A stretch of 63,843 nucleotides of DNA, the filler included, from Craspedostauros australis (Eukaryota): assembly GCA_030167865.1 (NCBI GenBank). It is 21 parts of 21 records of this genome, joined end to end, with 100 filler letters (N's around TTAATTAATTAA, not from the genome) between each part and the next. Parts side by side here need not be neighbours in the genome. Positions count along the whole stretch, not along the records: positions 1 to 1,609 come from JALAGF010005155.1; positions 1,710 to 3,742 come from JALAGF010005156.1; positions 3,843 to 7,081 come from JALAGF010005157.1; positions 7,182 to 11,466 come from JALAGF010005158.1; 17 more parts are not named here. The stretch is one strand, 5' to 3'. Below the pieces are notes generated by a model. The model worked only from the letters and a program-made list of their open reading frames with translations. It made no database searches and was not told the origin of the DNA. Both the position numbers and the translations under genes were made by a program. Positions 1 to 11,466 of this stretch are shown piece after piece; within the stretch, counting starts at the first letter, position 1, and each line of letters opens with the position of its first letter.

Positions 1-1005
1 TGCCATGAGACCAACGTTCTCGCTTGGAAAACGTCTGCAGTTGACTTCGCGGATCTTGGCTGCGAGGGCGTCTTGTTCATCCAAAGAGTTGGCCGAATTG
101 CTGTTCATGAACTCAACGAAGAGAGTGATGAAGTTATCGTGGAACTTCGGCTCGATTCGATTCATGAGCTGGTCTTCGAGGGCTGGATCAAGACTGTCAC
201 GGAAGAACGCTGAGGCTGTCTCGTTGTTCTGGACGTCGTAGTGANNNNNNNNNNNNNNNNNNNNNNNNNNNNNNNNNNNNNNNNNNNNNNNNNNGAAGTG
301 CTTGGTGGCATCTTCAAGAGTGAAGGCGGCTGGTGAGTCCAAGACGCAAGTCATCCCTGACTCTGCGTTGGCGTCAGCAATGTACGCCATGGTGAGAAGT
401 CCAGTTCTTGCCATGTGGTTTCGCACCAGGCGGATGAACTGCTGGATGTTCCCTCCTTTCTTGAACTTGTTGGTGAGTCCTTGCTCTCGCTTGGACTGGT
501 TGGTGGAGTCAGCACCGTTGTGGAGGATTCTCTGTTGTTGAGAGTTAGTCCACCTGGTGTGTGACTCGTCTTGGAGGCCGGTCCAATGTCCGTTTGGTGC
601 GCCTGCGGTCCAGGGCACCCAGTTGCGTCCTTGCTTGAGGATACCTCCCATGATGGGAACGGTTGGTTTCCCGGAGAGGTCGTGGTCGTCGTCTTCGCTG
701 TCCTCTTCCGACTTTCTGCTCTTCTTGGGCATGGGAGTTCCCATGTCGAAGATGCTGTCGTTGAGGAAGGACTGGTCCGTTCGGGCTCTTGTGTCGCCAG
801 TCGAACGGCTGCGCTCGAGACCGGGACGGCTTGAGGTCGTGGTGGCTGTCGCCGCTGCTTGGGCAGTGGCTATAGCCGCGTTTGCTGCTTCTGCAGCGGC
901 TTCGGCCGCCAACGTCGCCTGTGTTAGGCGGGCGTTCTCGACCATGATCGCTTCGAGCTGCGCTTGCAGCTCTTCCAGCGTGGCAGGGGTTGTCTCTTCC
1001 GCCAT
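1..1005 (-). CDS. Gag-like protein of an LTR retrotransposon (N-terminal part, runs off the window)
   Basis: Hand translation from ATG at 1005 (MAEETTPATLEELQAQLEA...KPTVPIMGGILKQGRNWVPWTAGAPNGHWTG...NCRRFPSENVGLMA) stays open and in frame across the N gap to base 1. It is absent from the ORF track, probably because it has no stop. It lies downstream of a PBS-like site and resembles diatom copia Gag. Confidence 0.7.
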   Translation of the reverse strand, partial: MAEETTPATLEELQAQLEAIMVENARLTQATLAAEAAAEAANAAIATAQAAATATTTSSRPGLERSRSTGDTRARTDQSFLNDSIFDMGTPMPKKSRKSEEDSEDDDHDLSGKPTVPIMGGILKQGRNWVPWTAGAPNGHWTGLQDESHTRWTNSQQQRILHNGADSTNQSKREQGLTNKFKKGGNIQQFIRLVRNHMARTGLLTMAYIADANAESGMTCVLDSPAAFTLEDATKHFXXXXXXXXXXXXXXXXXHYDVQNNETASAFFRDSLDPALEDQLMNRIEPKFHDNFITLFVEFMNSNSANSLDEQDALAAKIREVNCRRFPSENVGLMA

Positions 1006-1415
1006 GTTGGATAGCGGAGACTTCTCGCATGGTTTTCGGACTTCGAGGGGATCGATCTGTTTGCCTTCTCTTGCTCTTGCTTGGCTTCACTTCGTTGGGA
1101 AGGTGTGCACTGAAGTTCGATGCAGGCTTGGAGAGGCTCGCACTCGGTCGGCGAGTGCGGTTATAGCTTGCTTTGGCAGAGGCTACTGAAGTTCGACCTT
1201 GGGTCGCTTACCTTCAGCTGGGACTTTTGTCCTCTTGAGTGGCTCGGTTTTCGAGCGTTGGAGTCTGATTTCAAATCAGATGCATGCGATGAGGACGTGG
1301 TCCTTTGATGGAAGCTCGGTTTGCGAGCTGTGCCTTTTGGCTTCGTCTCAGAGAGACTTTTGCGATCGGTTGGCAGAGGAAGATGCTCGGTGGAGTTGAT
1401 TAGAGAGTATTTGGC

Positions 1416-1433
1416 AACCACTCGCAGCTACCA
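1416..1433 (-). promoter_or_regulatory. Primer-binding site, probably for initiator tRNA-Met
   Basis: Minus strand reads TGGTAGCTGCGAGTGGTT, an 18-mer with the same layout as the complement of eukaryotic tRNA-iMet 3' ends (TGGTAGCnnnnnnTGGTT), about 410 nt upstream of the gag ATG. Confidence 0.65.
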
Positions 1434-1609
1434 GTTAGGATTCGGGCGTAGGCGTCGCGAATCGGTAGAGAATGCCTCGTGAATCTGCCGGCTTCGGGAT
1501 AGCCATGTGATGCAGTTCAAGAGAGGTGTACTGATTGAAGAGTTATTACTTGTAACGATGAGAAGTAGAGTGCTTTGTAGCTAATTCTTGTCTGTTATTA
1601 TGAGTTAGC
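1434..1609 (-). mobile_element. 3' part of a putative 5' LTR
   Basis: Positional inference: immediately upstream of the PBS. The end reads ...CCTAAC|TGG rather than canonical CA, and no second copy is present in the window. Confidence 0.4.
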
Positions 1610-1709
1610 NNNNNNNNNNNNNNNNNNNNNNNNNNNNNNNNNNNNNNNNNNNNTTAATTAATTAANNNNNNNNNNNNNNNNNNNNNNNNNNNNNNNNNNN
1701 NNNNNNNNN
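1610..1709. other. Artificial scaffold linker, first of 20
   Basis: ~100-nt N/TTAATTAATTAA/N spacer. The 12-mer starts at 1654, 3787, 7126, 11511, 13909, 16569, 22644, 25491, 27421, 29234, 38355, 41688, 43616, 46379, 51099, 53100, 55832, 57503, 58898 and 62272. Confidence 0.97.
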
Positions 1710-3742
1710 ATGCACCCCATCATGCCAACGAACGACGACAAGGCTTGCACAGCCCTCGTCAAGAACCCATCCAAGGAGATCAGCGCGGTGAACCTGCACC
1801 GAATGCTCGGCCACGCGCCACTTGAGACCATGAAGCGAACGGCCGCTCAATACGGATGGAAGATTATCGGCGAGATGCCGGTATGTCGCGACTGCGCGGT
1901 CGCGAACGCAANNNNNNNNNNNNNNNNNNNNNNNNNNNNNNNNNNNNNNNNNNNNNNNNNNNNNNNNNNNNNNNNNNNNNNNNNNNNNNNNNNNNNNNNN
2001 NNNNNNNNNNNNNNNNNNNNNNNNNNNNNNNNNNNNNNNNNNNNNTAAACACATAAGCTTCGGAGATAAACGCTACTGGACCCTGATCGTGGACGACTGC
2101 ACGGATCACTGCTGGAGTTTCTTTCTCAAAAACAAAAGTGATCAACCAGGGTACATCAAACGATTCGTCCAGACGATCAAGTCACAGACAGGTGACCAAC
2201 AGATCATCTTCCGAGGTGACAACAGCGGAGAGAACAAATCCACGCAGGATATTCTCATCGATGCAGGACTNNNNNNNNNNNNNNNNNNNNNNNNNNNNNN
2301 NNNNNNNCAACAGAACGGTAGAGTAGAACGCAAGTTCGCGTACCTCTACACCAAGATCCGCTCCATGCTCAACGGAGCACAGCTCGACGAAGAGTACAGG
2401 CATGGCCTGTGGGCAGCAGCTGCTAGCACTGCCACCGCCATCGTCAACATCACTGTAGCGAAGAATCAAAAGGAGTCACCACATCGACAATTCTTCGGCA
2501 ATGATCCACCATACGCGGATGCACTCCGCACTTTCGGAGANNNNNNNNNNNNNNNNNNNNNNNNNNNNNNNNNNNNNNNNNNNNNNNNNNNNNNNNNNNN
2601 NNNNNNNNNNNNNNNNNNNNNNNNNNNNNNNNNNNNNNNNNNNNNNNNNNNNNNNNNNNNNNATGTACAGACCATCGACCAAGTCACTCGTCTGCTCACG
2701 CGACATCAAGTGGCTCAACCAATCATACGGACAGTTCCGTGGCTGGGCACCAGCACCGAACATATCCAACGAAACAGGAACGACGGACGCAGACGGCTTC
2801 ACAACCATCGGACGGAAGGGAGCAATGCCAAGGACGGCAACGCGTCAAACATTGGAAGCGAAGAGAGTATCTTTTGCTGACAGCAACAGATACTATATCC
2901 TATCGGACAGTGACGATGAGGATAATGAGGACGACGAAATAGTAACTCAACTAATCCATAACGACGAGGAAGATCGGAGCGAATCCAATCATGAGGATGA
3001 CGAGATCACACCATCCGGCGACGAAGCCGACGATGACACAGACGTCACTCCTCCGAACACACCAGCGAGGTCTACACAAGGTACACCATCCAGACCTCCA
3101 CCGAGTAAGCCAAGCAAACGTGACATAGCTAGAAAGGAGAGGATCCGACGTCACAAAGCACGAGGCAGGAAGGGAGAAGCTAATCCCAAACCGACTACAG
3201 GGAAGAGCATTCCCAGAGCTCTGCGTGAGCTCGCAGACTACAACGAACGAGGTCGAAAGGAAGAAGGATATGAAAGCGATCCATCATCCAACGAAGACAG
3301 CGATGAACTCAGCGACGAGGAGACCGACGATTCCAACAACGAAACTACAGATGACGAAGAAATTGCAGATGAAGGAGAGATTGAGGTCACTCATTATAGC
3401 ACAACAGGACTGTACGGAATGAATGCAATCATTACCGAATCACCAGCGATCGATATCGGATTATCGATGCAGGACGAGAACAAGGAAGCAGAGAAGCACA
3501 TCGAACCTACAACATTCGATGGAGCCTTCAATCATCCAGACCCTATCCATCGAAAGGGATATCGAGCAGCCATCAAGAAAGAGTTCGACTCCATGGACAC
3601 ACGCAAAGTGTACAGTAAGATCAAACGAGACGCCATTCCACGCGGCCGCAGATGCTGTAAATGCAAATGGGTCTTCAAGCTGAAGCGTGACGGCACACAT
3701 CGAGCGCGGCTCGTTGCATGTGGCTATTCACAAGTCGCAGGA
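1710..3742 (+). mobile_element. Ty1/copia pol fragment: integrase Zn-binding region, integrase core, acidic linker, start of reverse transcriptase
   Basis: LHRMLGH...CRDC (HHCC); VDDCTDHCWSFFLKNKSD, RGDNSGEN, QQNGRVERKF (integrase core); AAIKKEFDSM, KCKWVFKLKRDGTHRARLVACGYSQVAG (copia RT start). Integrase-before-RT order is copia-type. Frame changes coincide with N gaps. Confidence 0.95.
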
Positions 3743-3842
3743 NNNNNNNNNNNNNNNNNNNNNNNNNNNNNNNNNNNNNNNNNNNNTTAATTAATTAANN
3801 NNNNNNNNNNNNNNNNNNNNNNNNNNNNNNNNNNNNNNNNNN

Positions 3843-4042
3843 GGTGAACTTCAAATGGTAAGTACTCATGGAGTAGAAGCCAGTACTGAATGAACAGAGT
3901 GTCGAATGCGGAGTACGCATCAAACATGGAGGATCGTGTAGCACGAGCACACGATGTAGAGAGAGAGAATACAGAGAGGAGCGAGAGAGGATCTCGGGTA
4001 CCGACTCATAGTCGGAGACCGAATCTACGAAACAGATTGAAG
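3843..4042 (+). mobile_element. LTR family A fragment
   Basis: Near-identical to 56870-57078 (GGTGAACTTCAAATGG...GA run...GAGACCGAATCTACGAAACAGATTGAAG). Confidence 0.85.
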
Positions 4043-6913
4043 NNNNNNNNNNNNNNNNNNNNNNNNNNNNNNNNNNNNNNNNNNNNNNNNNNNNNNNNNN
4101 NNNNNNNNNNNNNNNNNNNNNNNNNNNNNNNNNNNNNNNNNNNNNNNNNNNNNNNNNNNNNNNNNNNNNNNNNNNNNNNNNNNNNNNNNNNNNNNNNNNN
4201 NNNNNNNNNNNNNNNNNNNNNNNNNNNNNNNNNNNNNNNNNNNNNNNNNNNNNNNNNNNNNNNNNNNNNNNNNNNNNNNNNNNNNNNNNNNGTCCTCCTC
4301 TTTCCAGGATAAGTACTATGCACATGGCATTGTTCTTTTTCCGCCACGTCTGTGACGATGGTCTTCTGGGGACGACATGCACAACTCTGTGTGTGCGGCA
4401 CTGGAGAAGAGCATATTTGTGCTTCACCAAATACTCGGACAGTGTTGGGGACTCTGCATGACATGGAGAACTTGCAAGTGTTCTGTCCCAGCGACAATCA
4501 AACAGCACATTTCTCCGCGTCACCTCTTCTGTGACGCTCCCCCGCACGCCAACTCGAGTACGCAGTGCAATTTTCGTGTGCGGCAATGTGGTGATGGCAA
4601 CCCGAAAACGATACGTGGCACACTGAAACTTGTGCTGGCGCTCTTCACGTTCTCGCTTGTATCAAAACATGGGCGCTGCACTACGCTACTTTGTTCCACT
4701 CCAACATAACCTGTATCTCTCCACCTTTGTGAATACGTGGAAACCAACCACAGGTCTTGCTTGCCACTCATGCTTGTGCCGGTGGTCGCATTCTATCGGC
4801 ATTTCTTTGCATCATCTCCTTTGCGAGTACTGTTGTGTTGTTTCATGCAGTGTGCAGATCAGGCAACCAGTAGTATCAGTCATGAGTGCAAATAGGCTGT
4901 TCCGCCATCGTCGAACCATGACTGTTCTGTTCTACGCATGATGCACTTGACCACACCGACTTACTCTGCTCGCAGTCATCCATCACCACCGAGCGCAATC
5001 TGCGTATCGCGCAACAACATGTATATTACGATTACATGCCCTGTGATGGGCTCAATTGCATTGTTTGCTCATGAGTGTGAAGGAACCCTCAGCAATCATT
5101 CACATGTGCCAAATAGCCACCGCATCGTCATTGCCAATTAGTACATGATCCGCAGCGCGGGAGCGAAACGCGCAAGGAGGAGAAAATACAGTGATCATTG
5201 TGGTATGCAGAGCACGGAGGATGCGGTCGTCCACGGAAAAGCGTGGCATCAACAACAGAAGCCAATGGATTGCCAACCCAAATCAACCATGGCATCGACG
5301 ACAATGACAGCAATCGCAGCAACATCAGGACTTCAAACCACCATCACGAAGCAGCCACGACATTGGCAACAGCAACAGTAGATATAATACAATAGTGACA
5401 ACTTCAAATCACACGAGTTATCGCTACCATCTCAATAGTTGTAGCAGCATTTGTAGCAGTTGCTGGTGCTGCGATGCAGACAGGATCCAAATACAGGAGG
5501 GAGGTAACAACCGTGATGAGGACTTGCATTGAAGTGATCATTGCTGGGAGTTCGGATCAGATGAGAGGGACACAAACACAAACGAAGAAGCCTCGACGAA
5601 GACCATGTGGAAGTGGCGAACTATCGAAGCGACAAGTCGACAAAACGCTCTGTTGCCTTTCGCCAGAAGCGGTGAGGAGGCAAAGTTCACATCAGACAAC
5701 AACAGCAATCCGATTTGCGAAGAAACGTGCATGGGCAGAGCGACTAGGTGAGAACAATCCAAAAACGCTCTTCGCAAATATGACTGGAACGCAAGCGCCT
5801 CAACCAGCAACTGCTTGGACAAGTTGGTTGTCGACGTCATTGTTGGAACAACGAAGACAACACGACTTGGGCGTGTCTCGGAAATAGCGACACACAAAGC
5901 TGATGGTATCATTGTACAACACATGGAGTAGTCGACATGGTACATGTAAAGTTCTTAAAAAGCACTACGCACCATGCCTGACAAATGCAATGGGACTCGT
6001 TTGTAGTCCTGGGAATTATGGGAAAACAATAACAGGAAATTCTGACATTTTCCCTACATCCGGGAAAATGTCGTCTATTTCCCCTGCTCCCAGTCCTGCA
6101 GCCGGCAGAAACCGCGTGTGGTGCGGCGAACTGGGGCGGCGGCAGGTGCACAAAAGCCTGTCGAGGACGAGTCCGATGGAGGAGGTCTTCGCATGGTTGT
6201 GTTGGAAGCGATCTTTCAACACAAACAGGAATTTTGTGTCGTGTTCGTTCGTTTTTCGTTTGTTTTTGGTTGTGCCATTCGCTGGCTGTCGTGCGGAGGA
6301 GCGGATTCGGCTGTGGCCTCGCATTTGCGTGCATGCGTGGCACTTGGTGGGGCGGATCTGTTCTTCATGTTCTGTTTGCATGTTCTGTCTGCATGTTCTG
6401 TCTGCATGTTCTGTTCCAATCCGACTCATCCGATCCGTGAGAGACGAGATTATCATGGTTTCTCTGTTTGTCTCTGCAGACGCTGTGAACATGGGGATTT
6501 GGTGCTGCTCCGTCTGTCATCCGACCGTACACCAACACCGGCCACCACCACCAATGGTTGACACCTCAGCTGCCCACTATCACCGCCACGGATGCAAATG
6601 ACAAACGTGGTGCAAATGCCACCACGACCTCACTGACGAGTGCGATCAAGGGACTGTTGCTGCAGAGAAGCGAAGTTGCTCTCTCTGCCTCTCCCAACAT
6701 TGATCTTGTCGACATGCCTGAAATCGTTTGGAGCATCTTATTTCCTCGCCCTCACAATCCATCAACACCGTAATCCACAAACCACCACCACACACAATCT
6801 CGAGAGAGAGCCAAGTTGCGCAGGTGCCATTCACATCTTCGTCACTGGCGCGACCGACACAAAACCCACCAACACAGCCGCAGCCGCAGCCGCAGCCACA
6901 TTCATACCCAACA

Positions 6914-7081
6914 ATGGATGACGAGACAACATGTGATTCGTCTGCTACACTGCCGCCACCAATCCCTGCTGTTCCCTCTGCGCCAGTAGCGTCTGAAGCA
7001 GGATGGACCTGGAAAGGTGTTGGGACTGTGGTGTTACTCGTCGTCGGTGTAGCCGGTGCCATTGCAGCAAGAGTAGTGTTC
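6914..7081 (+). CDS. Possible 5' end of a membrane-anchored hypothetical protein
   Basis: MDDETTCDSSATLPPPIP...WTWKGVGTVVLLVVGVAGAIAARVVF has one hydrophobic helix, follows a CA-rich leader and runs into the scaffold end. Confidence 0.3.
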
Positions 7082-7181
7082 NNNNNNNNNNNNNNNNNNN
7101 NNNNNNNNNNNNNNNNNNNNNNNNNTTAATTAATTAANNNNNNNNNNNNNNNNNNNNNNNNNNNNNNNNNNNNNNNNNNNN

Positions 7182-7386
7182 ACTGAAGGTGAACTTCAAA
7201 TGGTAAGTACTCATGGAGTAGAAACCAGTACTGAATGAACAGAGTGTCGAATGCGGAGTACGCATTGAACACGGAGGATCGTGTAGCACGAGCACACGAT
7301 GTAGAGAGAGAGAGAGAGAGAATACAGAGAGGAGCGAGAGAGGATCTCGCGTACCGACTCATAGTCGGAGACCGAATCTACGAAAC
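7182..7386 (+). mobile_element. LTR family A fragment abutting a transposase
   Basis: Matches 56864-57069. The following 142-N gap is about the length of the missing LTR 3' end (~145 nt). Confidence 0.85.
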
Positions 7387-7528
7387 NNNNNNNNNNNNNN
7401 NNNNNNNNNNNNNNNNNNNNNNNNNNNNNNNNNNNNNNNNNNNNNNNNNNNNNNNNNNNNNNNNNNNNNNNNNNNNNNNNNNNNNNNNNNNNNNNNNNNN
7501 NNNNNNNNNNNNNNNNNNNNNNNNNNNN

Positions 7529-9277
7529 GTGATGCGTTTTGTGGACGACCGATATGTCCCTTTTGTGACATCGCTTATGGAAGATCACCTTGCGGAACAC
7601 GCGACAGAATTGAAGTCGATGCTCAATGCCACACTGGGGTTCAACAACGAAATACTGTGGTACATGGCACACAAAGTGCGCAGCAAGGTTCAATTCGGAC
7701 AAATTGAGCAGTACCTCAAAAATATCAACAATCAAGAGAATCGCGCACATGTGGTGCTGGACCACAAACAGAAAATTCTTCCGACTGGCCAAGGCGAAGC
7801 TCAACAAGAATACTGGGGCAAGAAGGGCATGTCTCTGTTGGGTGCGATGGTGATCACATGTCACAATCACACATTCACTTATCGCTTCATCGATATCATT
7901 GTCAAAGGGAGACCAACTCAAGACACCCTCCAAGTTGGTGGGCTTATCGAAATTGTGCAACAACAGGTGAGAAAACTGCTTCCATCAGTCATCGAAATTG
8001 TCATCCAATCTGACAACGCGTCTTGTTTCGCGAGCCACGAGCACATCCCGCTGATCACCTTGGTGCTCAACAAGAACCTTGGAACGCGAAATGTCCCCAG
8101 GATTGCGGCCTGGATCTACACCGAAGCCCAAACAGGTAAAGGTCGCCTTGACACGCACTTTGCGTACATCACTGTTGTGTTGCGAGCGTACGTGCTGGAG
8201 GACAACGACATCAAGACAGAACACCAACTTTTCGATGCATTGGAAGCTGGCAACATCGCAGGAACAACCACGGTTTTGGTGGATGCAGAATGCCTCAAGG
8301 GGCGTGTCCTGAGTTTCCCTGGCATGCCAAAGAAACGTTTCTGCGCGAAAGGGCAAAAGGTACGCCAAACGCACGAGGTCAAGTTCGGAGACGATGAGGC
8401 CAATTTGGTGGCGGCATCTGGCNNNNNNNNNNNNNNNNNNNNNNNNNNNNNNNNNNNNNNNNNNNNNNNNNNNNNNNNNNNNNNNNNNNNNNNNNNNNNN
8501 NNNNNNNNNNNNNNNNNNNNNNNNNNNNNNNNNNNNNNNNNNNNNAAGAAGAAGAAGAAGACGCGAAAGTGGGGTGCTACCGCGGTGGAGAGCAAGGCGC
8601 TCGTGTTTCGCGATGCATTGGAGATGGGGCAAGGAGAGTTACCACACGACCACACCGCAAAATTGAAAGACCAGACCGCGGAAGCCGAAATCCCCCGACT
8701 CGCGGTGAAGGGCTGGGCAGTGAAAACAACGCGCAGCAACGCGGAGTTACCACGGTACGTACTGCAGAAATTGGATGAAATGAGCACGGCCGCCAAAAAC
8801 GACCCGAAAAATCGACCAACAGAACACGAAGCGCACCGTCGACTGATGGAGCTGGAGGGAACAGAGACTGATTGGTTCACGCAATTGCACGGAAGTCCAA
8901 TGCGCGTGAAATCGCACCTGACTGCGGCGTACTACAGCTCACAACGCGACGCGAAGAAAACATCCACGGCAGCAGGTACGACCAACAACAACAAAAAAAT
9001 GGCATCAGGATCATCACCATCACCATCACCACCATCACCAACAGCAACAGCAACTGCTATGGAACCAACAGGTACGAAACCATCAGGCAAGCAGAAGAGC
9101 CAAGAAGAGGAAGAGATGGAAGAAGAGGAAAGGGAGAATAGGATGTGGTGTGAGGCCAACACCACGAGGAGGCACGCGGAGAACGAAGAGATGGTCCCGC
9201 AAGAAGTGAGGGATGCGATTCGCACGAGGATGAGACGGAGGCTGATGGCGAAAATGGAGGAACAAAATAAGGACTAA
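7529..9277 (+). mobile_element. Sola-like (probably Sola3-type) DDD transposase, 5' end missing
   Basis: VVLDHKQKILP...EAQQEYWGKKGMSLLG, IQSDNASCF and YTEAQTGKGRLDTHF match my recollection of the Sola3 pattern DxxMKxLP..ESQ..WFGKRG / SDNA / FSExQxGKxxxD. Stop at 9275-9277. Two homologues elsewhere in the window. Confidence 0.7.
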
Positions 9278-9754
9278 TTAATTCAAAATGTGAACAAATT
9301 CGCCAAAACCAAGAACACAAGCACGTTATTTTGGGTCGAACTTGTCGGATGTCTATCGCTCAGTTTAGGAGTAGTCCAAAAAAGTGCACATTGACAGGTC
9401 CATAAAACTTAAACTATAAACTTTAAGATTCTGGGTAATTTTCCTGTTGCTATGGACACTATAATGAGTTGGTTTATATGCTTAGTTTGGTTGTAATCGA
9501 AGAAAAAGTGCCACTCTACTTTACCAAAGGTTGGTCCACTCGCTCACCTGGGTCTTAAATGCACCCCCCGTGTTATTTCAGAAAGTGACATTTCAACTCA
9601 ATCGAAGACTGGTGATCACAGTAGTTCATCTGCATGCATGCACTGTCATGTTAACACTGTTGTGCATGGTGTATCCCATATTCTTGTGTGATATTATGTG
9701 TCATGGTGTGCAGTGTCATAGTCACATGTGGCATACTGTGTTATTGTGTGCATA

Positions 9755-11466
9755 GTGGCAGTGTGTGTGTGTGTGTGAGCACGTGGATGTGTGAGTATCA
9801 CAGTTGATGGTGTTGCCTTCCCCCTCCTCCCCCACAAGTCAGCCATTTCATGGGACTTGTGCCATCCTCCTGTAGTTGGAATGGTGTTGACTTCCCCCTC
9901 NNNNNNNNNNNNNNNNNNNNNNNNNNNNNNNNNNNNNNNNNNNNNNNNNNNNNNNNNNNNNNNNNNNNNNNNNNNNNNNNNNNNNNNNNNNNNNNNNNNN
10001 NNNNNNNNNNNNNNNNNNNNNNNNNNNNNNNNNNNNNNNNNNNNNNNNNNNNNNNNNNNNNNNNNNNNNNNNNNNNNNNNNNNNNNNNNNNNNNNNNNNN
10101 NNNNNNNNNNNNNNNNNNNNNNNNNNNNNNNNNNNNNNNATTTCATGGGACTTGTGCCATCCTCCAGTAGTTGGAATGGTGTTGACAGATAGTTCATTTG
10201 ATGTTGACTGTTGCATCACGGTCCCACATGTTGTTGTGTGTTGTGGCTGGTTGTACGGTGTGGCAGTGTGTGTGTGTGTGAGCACGTGGATGTGTGAGTA
10301 TCACAGTTGATGGTGTTGACTTCCCCCTCCTCCCCCACAAGTCAGCCATTTCATGGGACTTGTGCCATCCTCCAGTAGTTGGAATGATGTTGACAGACAG
10401 TTCATTTGATGTTGACAGATAGTTCATTGTGTGTTGACTGATGCATCACCGTCTCACGTGTTGTTGTGTGTTGTGCCTGGTTGTACGGTGTGGCAGTGTG
10501 TGTGTGTGTGTGAGCACGTGGATGTGTGAGTATCACAGTTGATGGTGTTGTTCCCCCTCCTCCCCCACAAGTCAGCCATTTCATGGGACTTGTGCCATCC
10601 TCCNGTAGTTGGAATGGTGTTGACTTCCCCCTCCTCCCCCACAAGTCAGCCATTTCATGGGACTTGTGCCATCCTCCTGTAGTTGGAATGGTGTTGGCAG
10701 ATAGTTCATTTGATGTTGACAGATAGTTCATTTGCCATTGACAATGTTCATCTGCCATTGACAATGTTCATCTGCCATTGACAATGTTCATCCGCCATTA
10801 ACCATGTTCATCTCACATTGACGATGTTCATCTCACATTAACGTGGTTGCACGTGTTATCACATGTTGTTTGTGTTGTACTCATGCATCACTATCTCCAT
10901 TACCAAGTCGATTGAGAGCGTGGTTCTTGATGTCACACATGTGTATGGTCACGGTGGACATGTGTGTGTACTTACATGTACATGACACTGTGTATTGCAA
11001 GTACTGGTTGATGTTGCATGCTTGGATCATCGATATCTCACGTTGTAGTGGTCGGTTGGAGATGGTAGAAGTGTTGACGTGTACGTATGGACACGCTGCG
11101 TGTGTGTGTACACATAGATGGACGTGAACATGCGTTCATCGTGGTGTAGCGTGCTGTACATGTTTAACACGGTGTATCGCGTGGCTCGTAGTATCTCGTG
11201 TTGTTTGGGAGGTTGTACAGTGTGGCAGTGTGTGTGTGTGTGAGCACGTGGATGTGTGAGTATCACAGTTGATGGTTTCCCCCTCCTCCCCCACAAGTCA
11301 GCCATTTCATGGGACTTGTGCCATCCTCCTGTAGTTGGAATGATATTAACAATAGTTCATTTGATGTTGACAATAGTTCATTGTGTGTTGACTGTTGCAT
11401 CACGGTCTCACGTGTTGTCGTGTGTTGTGGCTGGTTGTACGGTGTGGCAGTGTGTGTGTGTGTGTG
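9755..11466. repeat. Complex satellite, ~235-bp unit with a ~70-bp subunit and TG runs
   Basis: Recurring GTGGCAG(TG)nAGCACGTGGATGTGTGAGTATCACAGTTGATGG and CCCCTCCTCCCCCACAAGTCAGCCATTTCATGGGACTTGTGCCATCCTCC. An embedded 20-bp tandem (TCATCTGCCATTGACAATGT, ~5 copies) lies at ~10727-10840. Confidence 0.9.

Noticed and set aside
557..1189. ORFs 557-1189 (+) and 545-1090 (-)
   Set aside because: Shadow frames of the gag-like ORF at 1005-1.
7235..7528. N-terminus of the 680-aa ORF (MNRVSNAEY...)
   Set aside because: It is LTR sequence read through an N gap, not part of the transposase.
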